From: a virus
Taxonomy: Duplodnaviria > Caudoviricetes
Virus record (IMG/VR): IMGVR_UViG_3300025087_000689
DNA length: 64,000 nt
Reading direction: 5' to 3' (one strand)
How positions within the stretch are numbered: the stretch's first letter is position 1; each line of letters opens with the position of its first letter. The position numbers and the translations under genes are program-made. Below are positions 1-8,800 of this stretch, in pieces. Below the pieces are notes generated by a model, which made no database searches, had not been told where the DNA came from, and saw only the letters and a program-made list of their open reading frames with translations.

Positions 1-2682
1 TTCATATTTATGATCATCATAAGGTAAAAACGACATGCCTATGATTTCATCAAAATGTTCGTATACCCAAGCACCTACTTTAATCCATTCATTGTTTTTA
101 ACGTATACTGTATTACTTACATTATGTGTTGACCAATTTTTTTGTAGCTTTAAATACCATTCCATTTGTTTCATGCAATCCCATTTATCTATAGTGATTG
201 CTTTGTCAGGTGCTTTAATTGGAAACTCAAGAACCATAGTTGTTCCTGTTTCAATATCTTGTTCTACTTCTGGTTTAAATGAAACTCCTTGTTCTTTCAT
301 TAATTTGAATAGTGGATCTATTTTTGATATACGATATCTTCTAATATAAAATTTACTATATCGAGGATGACAACCAGATGAAGCATCAACTACTTGACTA
401 ACAGTGCCACTTGGCTTTGAAGTCGTATAGGCTTTAGGGCACGTTATTTTAAGTATGTCGGAAGCGTGTTTTGCTGTTTTTATCACAACCTTTTTCAGTT
501 GTTTAAGAACTTGATCACTAAGTATTTCCGAATTATCTAGCTGACCTGTAAGACTTACGCCTATGATTCTTTCTTCATCGCATGTCTTTTTCCAGATAGA
601 TCTAACATATGGAAAATATGTAAATGAACTTTGGATAACACCTAACCATGTTGCTGTCTTTACCTTTTCTACAAGATCACTTATATCATCATCGCTTCTT
701 ATTACAGCTTCAGATAAGTTACACGTTTGGTAAGGTTTTAATATTACTTCTCCACAATTAGAAACATTACAACCCTCTGTCCAGTATGTATGAGAATTAT
801 TATCAACAGTTAAATTAAATACTTCTTCAGTTGATATAGTTGTTATAGTATTTATTTTAAAATTACTTTTAGTTTTTCTTCCTGTTTTTTTAGTATTAAA
901 TTTAATCTTTTTTATTTTATATTGTTGTATAAACCCTATTAATTCTACAAATTTATTTCTGTCTGTTGTGATATTTAAGTCATATGATTCTTTACACTCA
1001 TATGTACCATTATCAAATTTTACTTTAGTTGGTTTGTTGATAGTATAATATGATTTTAATCCAAGTGAATTTAATAATAATTGAGTATCTTTAATGATAT
1101 TTATTGAAGATGATTTTAAAGTTATTCTATTACCACACACAGAACCATTAGCACTATAAAGACCTCTTAAAAATCCTACAGACCTGATAGGATTTATTAA
1201 AAATCTATTAGGTATATATCTATCATATGTTTTAGGTAATTCGGAAGCTGTTATGGTTGTTAATATTTCATAAGCTTCTTCTTTTAAACCTGGTCGATGT
1301 TTTAATATTAGATCTTTGATTTCTGATTTGAAATAATCATTATCATTTTTTCCAATAAGTAAAAATACAAGGTTATTAGATGCCTTGTGTACTGAACCAT
1401 CTCCTATGACTAAACCATCCATAACATCTTGTATATTATATTCTAACTTGGAGTAAGGACCTGTTATTGTATCTATAGATTTGGCTTTTGATACTTCGAT
1501 CTTTTCTCCGTTTGAAATAATTCTATGTTCTGATGTTCCATTGAATATACCAGCAGATGTATTATATTCAAGTACTTTTTTAATTCCACTACTTTGTTTA
1601 TTAGTAACTATTGTCCATCCTTCACTTGACCATATTTTGTGCCCGACTTTTAATTCATCTATAGTAATTAATCCATTAGGAGTTAATACTTTAGACCATC
1701 CAGGTTGACAAGGATTACAACGCATTGATTTTAAATAAGTTCTGTCGGTTTGTTCAAGTTGTTTCTTAACTGCTTCAAGATTAAATATGCCTCTTTCACC
1801 AGAACCAGATTCAGCAAGAGCTGACCACTCACGAAGGAATGTTATTGTATCGGGTTTTTCTAAATAAGCGACACTATTGTTAGCCATACTACGATGTTTT
1901 GGAAATGGATGATCTTTCGAATGACGCATTTCGTCGTCATTAATGTCACTAAAACTAATACAACTTGAACGACGAGTCCCACCAACTACAACAATTTCTG
2001 CTATTTTGCAGCATATATCATGACATTCTAACGATGATAATTTTCGACCTCCTGCCTTATTTATCATTTCTTTAGCAAATAACATTAGATCAATTAAAGG
2101 TTGCGGTCCACTAGATCTTCCACCCATAGTTTTAAGAGGTGTGCCATATGGTCTAAGTCGAGAGTAATCAATATGGACATCTTCTCCATTAAACCAAGTT
2201 TCAAAAGCAAATTTGATAGCATTTGCCCAACCTTCTCTTGTATCTTCTACGAAATAATCATCTCTTCTTTGTAATACAGGATGTTTAATTATAGGTAGTT
2301 TATGTATATTTTCTTTTTCTACACTGAAACCTACACCAGTTCCACACATAAGAATATATGCTAATTCAGAAAACGACGTGATAGAATCTATTGGAGTATA
2401 GGAACAGTTGTATAAAGCAATATTATCTTTTTTTGCGGCTGGTCCAGCTGTAGCAACTAATCTCATAGAAGGCATTACACTAAAATTTAACATACCTTCT
2501 TGTATAGATGTCCATACCTTACCAGGAATTCTATCGGCATGTCGAGCTTCTTCTCTTAAGAATCTTATTACTCTTTCTGTTACTTCTTCCCAATTTTCTC
2601 TTCTATTGAGTTCTGGTAACCATCTACAATAAGATCTTAAAGCTACAAATTCAGATGCTATATTTGGATAATGAATTTTCAT
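1..2682 (-). CDS. nrdJ: Class II (B12-dependent, monomeric RTPR-type) ribonucleotide reductase with intein; 3' end runs off the window
   Basis: Hand translation from ATG 2682 (ATGA overlap with upstream gene): MKIHYPNIASEFVALRSYCRWLPELNRRENWEEV..; CNP|CGEVILKPYQTCNLSE; ends ..GMSFLPYDDHKYE at position 1. Missed by the ORF track because it has no stop in the window. Confidence 0.93.
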   Translation of the reverse strand, partial: MKIHYPNIASEFVALRSYCRWLPELNRRENWEEVTERVIRFLREEARHADRIPGKVWTSIQEGMLNFSVMPSMRLVATAGPAAKKDNIALYNCSYTPIDSITSFSELAYILMCGTGVGFSVEKENIHKLPIIKHPVLQRRDDYFVEDTREGWANAIKFAFETWFNGEDVHIDYSRLRPYGTPLKTMGGRSSGPQPLIDLMLFAKEMINKAGGRKLSSLECHDICCKIAEIVVVGGTRRSSCISFSDINDDEMRHSKDHPFPKHRSMANNSVAYLEKPDTITFLREWSALAESGSGERGIFNLEAVKKQLEQTDRTYLKSMRCNPCQPGWSKVLTPNGLITIDELKVGHKIWSSEGWTIVTNKQSSGIKKVLEYNTSAGIFNGTSEHRIISNGEKIEVSKAKSIDTITGPYSKLEYNIQDVMDGLVIGDGSVHKASNNLVFLLIGKNDNDYFKSEIKDLILKHRPGLKEEAYEILTTITASELPKTYDRYIPNRFLINPIRSVGFLRGLYSANGSVCGNRITLKSSSINIIKDTQLLLNSLGLKSYYTINKPTKVKFDNGTYECKESYDLNITTDRNKFVELIGFIQQYKIKKIKFNTKKTGRKTKSNFKINTITTISTEEVFNLTVDNNSHTYWTEGCNVSNCGEVILKPYQTCNLSEAVIRSDDDISDLVEKVKTATWLGVIQSSFTYFPYVRSIWKKTCDEERIIGVSLTGQLDNSEILSDQVLKQLKKVVIKTAKHASDILKITCPKAYTTSKPSGTVSQVVDASSGCHPRYSKFYIRRYRISKIDPLFKLMKEQGVSFKPEVEQDIETGTTMVLEFPIKAPDKAITIDKWDCMKQMEWYLKLQKNWSTHNVSNTVYVKNNEWIKVGAWVYEHFDEIIGMSFLPYDDHKYE
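757..1710 (-). mobile_element. Intein (318 aa, LAGLIDADG-type) in NrdJ, immediately before the thiyl-radical Cys of NPCGE
   Basis: Starts CQPGWSKVLT, has DGLVIGDG and FLRGLYSANGS blocks, ends YWTEGCNVSN|C; removal restores NP-CGEV. Confidence 0.92.
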
Positions 2683-3392
2683 ACTGTATATATCTCCAAT
2701 GGTTTGAAATTAAAACTATCACTAGCTACAAAGATAAACTCTATTCCTTCATGTAAGCCAACATAAGCTTCTTGATTTTCTTTACCATGAAGATGTCCAT
2801 ATATACATTTTGAAACGTTATATGTCTTCATGATTTTTAGAATTTTATTATCTCCGCCAGTGTAAGATTTATGTATGGGTGGATAGTGTGATACTAATAT
2901 TCTTGTGGTGAATATTTGTGGTATTATCTTTAATGTATTTTCTAGTTTGATACATTCTTTATTATATCCTTTTCTGTATTCTTCTTTAAATTCTGGATGA
3001 GTTTCGTTCATATAGCCTTTGACACTCATAATAGCTATGGAATCATGAAGATTAAAATAATCATTTGATGTGAGAGATACTATTGTTTTGTAGTTATCGA
3101 ATAGGAAATCATTAGTTTTAGTTGCTGTTTGGTAATAAAAGTCATGGTTTCCTAGAGTAATAATCTTTTTACCGGGCAATGATTCAATAAAATCGAAATC
3201 TGGTTTTCCTTTATATATGTTCGACGACCAAGAAATATCACCGGCAATAATTACTATATCATCTGAAGATATATTTTTCCAACCATCCTGGATTCTTTCT
3301 ATATGATTTTCCCAAACACTTCCAAATTTAGACATGTTTTTTTCTGGATTAGCTATAGCTAAATGTAAATCACTTGTTCCCCACAACTTCAT
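2679..3392 (-). CDS. Calcineurin-like metallophosphoesterase
   Basis: SDLH, AGD, LGNHD, SHYPP, YGHLH motifs. Confidence 0.9.
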   Translation of the reverse strand: MKLWGTSDLHLAIANPEKNMSKFGSVWENHIERIQDGWKNISSDDIVIIAGDISWSSNIYKGKPDFDFIESLPGKKIITLGNHDFYYQTATKTNDFLFDNYKTIVSLTSNDYFNLHDSIAIMSVKGYMNETHPEFKEEYRKGYNKECIKLENTLKIIPQIFTTRILVSHYPPIHKSYTGGDNKILKIMKTYNVSKCIYGHLHGKENQEAYVGLHEGIEFIFVASDSFNFKPLEIYTV

Positions 3393-3850
3393 AATGGTAA
3401 CTCCAATATGAAATCTTTTGGATGTTCAGAAATATCATCTAATAATCCTAATTGTTCTATCATGGATATAATTTCATTGAGAACATAATTTCTATCTTTG
3501 AATGTATCAAGTCTACCCATACTCAAATTAATATTTCGATTTCCTGGTAACTTGAAATATTCTGGATCTTGTAAATCTCCCAAATGTGCACAATCAAAAC
3601 CAATCCATTTACCTTCGGGTAAAAGTATAGTGCATCTTTCTAGATCTTTATTTTCATATGTAATTCCACCATGAACATCGAGACTATTGCTTTCTTCTTG
3701 GAAATTAATATTGTATTTTTGATGATACCATGGTATAAATACATAACCACATAGAAAACCTATTTTATTATCTTTAATGCAGTAGAGATAGTTTTTTATA
3801 GTATTAAATTCTAACATTAGAACAACTCCAACTGGGGATTTATTTTCCAA
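3389..3850 (-). CDS. Conserved phage hypothetical protein
   Basis: VHGGITY..WIGFDCAHLGD motif typical of a phage DUF; true start probably downstream. Confidence 0.7.
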   Translation of the reverse strand: MENKSPVGVVLMLEFNTIKNYLYCIKDNKIGFLCGYVFIPWYHQKYNINFQEESNSLDVHGGITYENKDLERCTILLPEGKWIGFDCAHLGDLQDPEYFKLPGNRNINLSMGRLDTFKDRNYVLNEIISMIEQLGLLDDISEHPKDFILELPL

Positions 3851-6800
3851 TCGAAGATAGCAAATAACTTATCTATCTGTTCTAGATAGTATCTTTCATC
3901 AAGTTGATCAGCTGAGTCTACGTATTGTGATATAGTATAGTAGTGATCCTTCTTGCCTTTGTTTTCTTTCAGAGCTTCCTGTAATGCCTTACATGGTGGT
4001 GCTTTCTTAGTAACAAAGTAATCAACTTGAAGACCATCTTCAACTTTAGTCTTCAATCTTTCTTCAACCTGTAGTCCTACTACTCTTTGAAGGGACATAC
4101 CATTCTTGTAACCTTTAAGATCTTTGCTGAAGGTCACTCTAAATTTAAAGGCACTTAAAGGATATTGTTTGAGGTTTTTTAGTTTAGTTGCTGTTAATAA
4201 ATGATCAGTGACACTCTGATCAAGAGTCATCTGACAAACAGTATCAAGTATAGTGTCACAGACTCCGGCTTGTTTAGAAGATTTAAAAGCAACTCCATGT
4301 TTCTCAATAACAGTCTTACCCTTCTTGATCTTACGGATGGCATAGTTTTTCATACGGTAAAAATAACCATCAATGATCTCATCCTTATCAAGAGCCATAT
4401 AAGAAGTAACACCTTGGTTATCCTTAATGTGTTCAGCTATCTGTTTATTGATATTATCAATATCAACATCTTTATCAACTATCATACCATCTGTGTCAGT
4501 TCCTACAACACTTTCTCCTAGTAAACTTAAAGTAAATCTAGTGGTCCATCTACACATTCCTGTTATAGCTATAGCAGTAGCCATGTCTCCGTATGAAGTA
4601 AAAGTTGAACCTAACATTCCGAAAATACTGTTCATAACAACTTTTATAGCTATTTGCCGACTATCGTAAGCATCTGTTTCAGCTTTTGTTTTAGCTTCCT
4701 TAAGAAGTTGTTTTAATCTTGTTCGTTCGTTTGATAGTTTTTCTATCTCTTCTTTTAAGAAACCGATTTTGGACATGTCAATTGTTATTTCTATATTTTT
4801 ATTGAAATTTTGATCCGGTATATCTAAAATCATGAACTTGCTCTTGCGGTAGAAACTATACTTCCCAGTAAGTTCTTTAAGACCTGTAATTCTAGTTGTG
4901 TCTGGACCGAGATTCCAAGTTCGGATTGCGGAAGGATAATAAGAACTAAAATCCACTTTATATAAATTCTTTATATATCCAAATTTATGTGCTTCGACAA
5001 TAGCACCCTCAAATCTAGAACCAAGTGTATATATTCTTCCAGGTTCTATTTCACCTGTTGAATTTCCGTCCTCATCTTCTCTATTGTTTCCATATCTTTC
5101 TTTATTAGAATCTAATGGTATAAGATTTAATCGTTTACAATGACGAGCACATATAATCTTTGGAATGAAAGATGGAAAACAACCCACGATAGAACCAAGA
5201 GGAACCTGCATTAATTCAGCTAATGCTATAGCATTGGGTAAGTATACATCAGAAACCACCTTAGTAGCATTAACATCTGAAGTTAGGTACTCCCTTAGTT
5301 GTGGTGTTCCGATGAGTGCTTGTGTGTTTTCCACATCGTCTCCCAAAGATAAGGCTTGGAATCCATACCATGCTGAGACTGATTTGAGTCCTTTACTTTT
5401 TATTCCGCTGTTTCCACACCAAACAGGATAACCATTACGTCTAACTAGAATAATCTGATTAGGAACTGTACAACAATAGACTTTACCTTTATAATCTATC
5501 CAACTATCAGTTGGAATTCTACTGTTGATAGTTGGTGTTGTTTGTTTTTTTATTATCATTACTCTATAGATAAAAAACGTCTTATTATTTAAGGTGTTAG
5601 AATCTAAATGGATAGATGAAGCAAAACCTAATTTTATAATTATTTCCTGGACATCATTAGCAAGTTGTTTTGACACTGTAGAATATAATGTTGTTATGGG
5701 ATAATTATTTTTTATTTTATCTTTTGTACCATCACCTAACATTAAAGCTTTAAACAATATATCTAAAAGGTTCTTGTTTAAATTTAATAGATCTCTTGGA
5801 ATAAATTTATCGTGTGCTTTTCCAAATTGTATTAAGTATGATACGAGTTGTTTACTTTTAAAGTTAATATTTCCGTTTTTATTAATTTTATTAAAATAAT
5901 AATTGGATTTGAATCCAAGGTTATGAATACAAGCTCTGATTTTTTTGACGTTGTCAGGTGTTTTATTACTTTGAGCTATATTTATATTGTATAGTCCAAA
6001 TTCTTTATTAATATAACAAGAACCCTCAGAGATATAATAACCTAAAAACTCTAACCATATTTCTAACTTAAATTCGTTATTCTTCTTGAAATTAAATTCC
6101 ATTTTTTTTCTATGTATTTCAGGAAGCTGAAAAGACTTTTTATCTATTCCAATCCAATTACCTACAGATCTTTTGACTTTATATTTCTTATTGATTAATT
6201 CATCTGGTTTTTTAAATTCCCATATTTCTTCGTTATTATATCTTTTATCTTTTGGAAATTTTATAAAGAGGTCATGTGTTTTGGTTACTAATAAATCTAC
6301 AGATTTATTGTTGATCTTATACATTTTATTATCGTAGTTATAAGATGTATGTTCTATAGGTAACTGATACTCTAAAGTATCAGTATGTTCATTTAAAGTA
6401 GCTACTTTTTCACTTTCATTAATATCTTTGAATAATTTCCATCCAGTTTCACATAAAATTTCCGTCTGATCATCATAACACATAGATTGGTCTTTGCGTG
6501 CAGGTATTATACAGTCCAGATGCACTCGACCATTAAACTCAATACTGTCTTGACCTTCTTTGTAACGAAATTTGCCATATCTTCCTAACTGATCTAAGTC
6601 TATTCCATACTTCAACATCCTCTGGACTATATAAGGCAAGTCAAAGTTATGTCCATTATAAGTTACGATAACATCAGGATTAATTTGTCCATAATAACTA
6701 AGAAAGTCCAGAAGTAATTGGCTATCATTGCCTCTGGTGTAGTTGTCAAAAATCTGTACAGGGTTATCATTGTGTTTACATCCTATCGCTATGACGGGCG

Positions 6801-7200
6801 ATGTTTGAGGTCGCGGAAAGATACCATTCCCTTTAGTTAGTACTTCTATATCGAGGTACAACACATCTAATGGTTGTGTATTAGGAAATTGAAGTGGGTA
6901 GTCTGGTAAGTCTACAAAGAGTTGTTCTGTATAAGGTAACTTACAAAACAACTTACCTTCCATTTGTAACTGTTTAGCCTTCTCATCGTTGATCTGAACT
7001 GTCTCAGCTTCCATTTTGAACATGGTAGTCTCGACATTATCTGGCAGACGAATGGCTTTTATGTCTGTGGATTTTAGATGATGATTAGGCTTCTCAGCTA
7101 TAAGATATGGTTTGAATGGTAGAGGTCTCCTAATGATCTCTTTATTCACAGTAACAATAAGATTCTCACCGTAAGCATTGAATAGAAGAGGTACTCTCAT
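3817..7200 (-). CDS. polB: Family B DNA polymerase with intein
   Basis: ExoI YLDIE, ExoII YNGHNFD, ExoIII YLTSD; VDFSSYYPS, KVVMNSIFG, GTDTDG. Confidence 0.93.
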   Translation of the reverse strand: MRVPLLFNAYGENLIVTVNKEIIRRPLPFKPYLIAEKPNHHLKSTDIKAIRLPDNVETTMFKMEAETVQINDEKAKQLQMEGKLFCKLPYTEQLFVDLPDYPLQFPNTQPLDVLYLDIEVLTKGNGIFPRPQTSPVIAIGCKHNDNPVQIFDNYTRGNDSQLLLDFLSYYGQINPDVIVTYNGHNFDLPYIVQRMLKYGIDLDQLGRYGKFRYKEGQDSIEFNGRVHLDCIIPARKDQSMCYDDQTEILCETGWKLFKDINESEKVATLNEHTDTLEYQLPIEHTSYNYDNKMYKINNKSVDLLVTKTHDLFIKFPKDKRYNNEEIWEFKKPDELINKKYKVKRSVGNWIGIDKKSFQLPEIHRKKMEFNFKKNNEFKLEIWLEFLGYYISEGSCYINKEFGLYNINIAQSNKTPDNVKKIRACIHNLGFKSNYYFNKINKNGNINFKSKQLVSYLIQFGKAHDKFIPRDLLNLNKNLLDILFKALMLGDGTKDKIKNNYPITTLYSTVSKQLANDVQEIIIKLGFASSIHLDSNTLNNKTFFIYRVMIIKKQTTPTINSRIPTDSWIDYKGKVYCCTVPNQIILVRRNGYPVWCGNSGIKSKGLKSVSAWYGFQALSLGDDVENTQALIGTPQLREYLTSDVNATKVVSDVYLPNAIALAELMQVPLGSIVGCFPSFIPKIICARHCKRLNLIPLDSNKERYGNNREDEDGNSTGEIEPGRIYTLGSRFEGAIVEAHKFGYIKNLYKVDFSSYYPSAIRTWNLGPDTTRITGLKELTGKYSFYRKSKFMILDIPDQNFNKNIEITIDMSKIGFLKEEIEKLSNERTRLKQLLKEAKTKAETDAYDSRQIAIKVVMNSIFGMLGSTFTSYGDMATAIAITGMCRWTTRFTLSLLGESVVGTDTDGMIVDKDVDIDNINKQIAEHIKDNQGVTSYMALDKDEIIDGYFYRMKNYAIRKIKKGKTVIEKHGVAFKSSKQAGVCDTILDTVCQMTLDQSVTDHLLTATKLKNLKQYPLSAFKFRVTFSKDLKGYKNGMSLQRVVGLQVEERLKTKVEDGLQVDYFVTKKAPPCKALQEALKENKGKKDHYYTISQYVDSADQLDERYYLEQIDKLFAIFDWKINPQLELF
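5410..6480 (-). mobile_element. Intein (357 aa, LAGLIDADG-type) in the PolB exonuclease domain
   Basis: CYDDQTEIL..FLGYYISEGS..ALMLGDG..VWCGN|S. Confidence 0.9.
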
Positions 7201-7613
7201 AATATAACCAATAAAGGATCAAATGGAACTTTTGGTCCATATCCTTTTTCCTTTATGAGTTCAGTTAAAGGATGAACAAATTCTTTGTACTCTGCTGAGC
7301 AATGTGATTCTAACTCAGTAAAGGAATCAAAACCTTCATTAAGTTCAATTCTTTTATCTGGTCCATAACAGGAACAATGACCCAAACCACAAATATGCCA
7401 TCTACCTTTCCTTAGATAAATCAGTTCTCCATCTCCGCAGTAGCTTCCTGTACCATACCAATAGAACGCAGCTTCTGCTTCTATAGAATTTAGTACGTCG
7501 AGTTCTGTTTGATCTAGATCTGATAGATCATATCCACCATGTTTGTCAGGAATACGATCTAGAGAATACATATCATTTTTTGTCATTAGATTAGTGTGCA
7601 ATCGAGACGACAA
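7197..7613 (-). CDS. Hypothetical protein
   Basis: ORF in operon; GHCSCYGP motif. Confidence 0.7.
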   Translation of the reverse strand: MSSRLHTNLMTKNDMYSLDRIPDKHGGYDLSDLDQTELDVLNSIEAEAAFYWYGTGSYCGDGELIYLRKGRWHICGLGHCSCYGPDKRIELNEGFDSFTELESHCSAEYKEFVHPLTELIKEKGYGPKVPFDPLLVIL

Positions 7614-7954
7614 CTTTGTACTATACTAGGTAGTTCGTCCAACCGTCTTGTGTAGGAATGTTTATCGCTTCTCTCAAATAAAACTTCATTACCTTTTATT
7701 GTACATATATAGGTTCTTTTACCTTTACCAGGAGATGTGAATGTAAACTTATCTCCGTCTCTTAATAGATGAACATTAAATACTTGAGTAGTTAAAACTT
7801 TTGTCGAGGGTTTCCCCGGTCGAACATCTTGTAGTTCGATCTTGGATTCCTTTTCATCGTGTCTCTTATTCTTCCGTCTGCGAGGGTTAACCCTTCTTTT
7901 TGTTTTTGGGGGACTGGGAACTTTCTCTTTGCTATTTTTTGGCATTTTTCGCAT
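7586..7954 (-). CDS. Basic hypothetical protein
   Basis: 122-aa ORF, K/R-rich N-terminus. Confidence 0.55.
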   Translation of the reverse strand: MRKMPKNSKEKVPSPPKTKRRVNPRRRKNKRHDEKESKIELQDVRPGKPSTKVLTTQVFNVHLLRDGDKFTFTSPGKGKRTYICTIKGNEVLFERSDKHSYTRRLDELPSIVQSCRLDCTLI

Positions 7955-8031
7955 GGTATCTCCGTAATGTCTGGCTTCTGAATGTCTTCAAAAACATGAC
8001 CACATTCAGAACATTCAAAATCGTAAAGCAT
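7792..8031 (-). CDS. FmdB-family zinc-ribbon protein
   Basis: MLYDFECSECGHVFE..CEKC; ATG at 8031. Confidence 0.8.
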   Translation of the reverse strand: MLYDFECSECGHVFEDIQKPDITEIPCEKCQKIAKRKFPVPQKQKEGLTLADGRIRDTMKRNPRSNYKMFDRGNPRQKF

Positions 8032-8038
8032 ATTAGCC

Positions 8039-8197
8039 TCAATGGATAATAGGTTTTCCCGTAGGTGCTGGTGTATAGTTTTGATTATCAATAGCTCCAC
8101 AACTTGGACATTTAATAGATTCCTTCTCAGATGTTATACCTATTAGAATATCATATTGTTTTCCGCACTTACCGCAAATGTAATCTATTAAAGGCAT
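8039..8197 (-). CDS. Second FmdB-family zinc-ribbon protein (52 aa, not in the ORF track)
   Basis: MPLIDYICGKCGKQYDILIGITSEKESIKCPSCGA..; TAATG coupling to upstream gene. Confidence 0.8.
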   Translation of the reverse strand: MPLIDYICGKCGKQYDILIGITSEKESIKCPSCGAIDNQNYTPAPTGKPIIH

Positions 8198-8433
8198 TAG
8201 TTGTTCTCCGTAGGAATCTCGGCGGCTATAGCACCTCTAGGTGATACAATTACAAATGCAATGCCAGCTGTGAAAGTGATGTGTGTGATTTGTAATGTGG
8301 TTGGATCAACTTGAGCTCCGTTGATACCTATTGGAGTGTGATCAGTACCATCTAAAAGCTGATCTAGAACTATTGCCTCACCTTTGTCGTTTGTGTTGAC
8401 ACGAATAAATCTGGAACCGTTTGGATAAATCAT
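8197..8433 (-). CDS. Hypothetical protein
   Basis: ORF with GGAG SD. Confidence 0.65.
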   Translation of the reverse strand: MIYPNGSRFIRVNTNDKGEAIVLDQLLDGTDHTPIGINGAQVDPTTLQITHITFTAGIAFVIVSPRGAIAAEIPTENN

Positions 8434-8607
8434 AATGTCTCCTTTTTTATTTAAATATTCTTTACTTAATTGAACGTGTTGTTCAGCTGTTATTCTTTTG
8501 GCTGAAAATCACCACCCAGTTTTAAAACAGATTTCAGAACAAAATTTTCTTTTGTGTTTTATTAGTTCTTTCTGACAATATTTACAGAGTTTTTTCATGT
8601 TATTTAA

Positions 8608-8689
8608 AGCCGAAGGTGGGACTCGAACCCACGACTCCTTTCGGAACCGGTTTACAAAACCGGGGCAATAGCCACTATGCGACTTCGGC
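8608..8689 (-). tRNA. tRNA-Thr(UGU) with class II-like long variable arm
   Basis: GCCGAAG/CTTCGGC acceptor, CCGGT-TTTGTAA-ACCGG, V-arm TCC-GAAA-GGA, GTGGG-TTCGAGT-CCCAC. Confidence 0.85.
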
Positions 8690-8722
8690 GTTGTTTTCTA
8701 TCTGTTTTACTATTATTTATTA

Positions 8723-8795
8723 AGCGTCGTGGTAGAATTGAACTACCGCATTGCAGTTTTGCAGACTGCCGCCTTACCACCTTGGCGAACGACGC
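8723..8795 (-). tRNA. tRNA-Cys(GCA)
   Basis: GCAGT-CTGCAAA-ACTGC; U73. Confidence 0.92.
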
Positions 8796-8800
8796 ATTAT

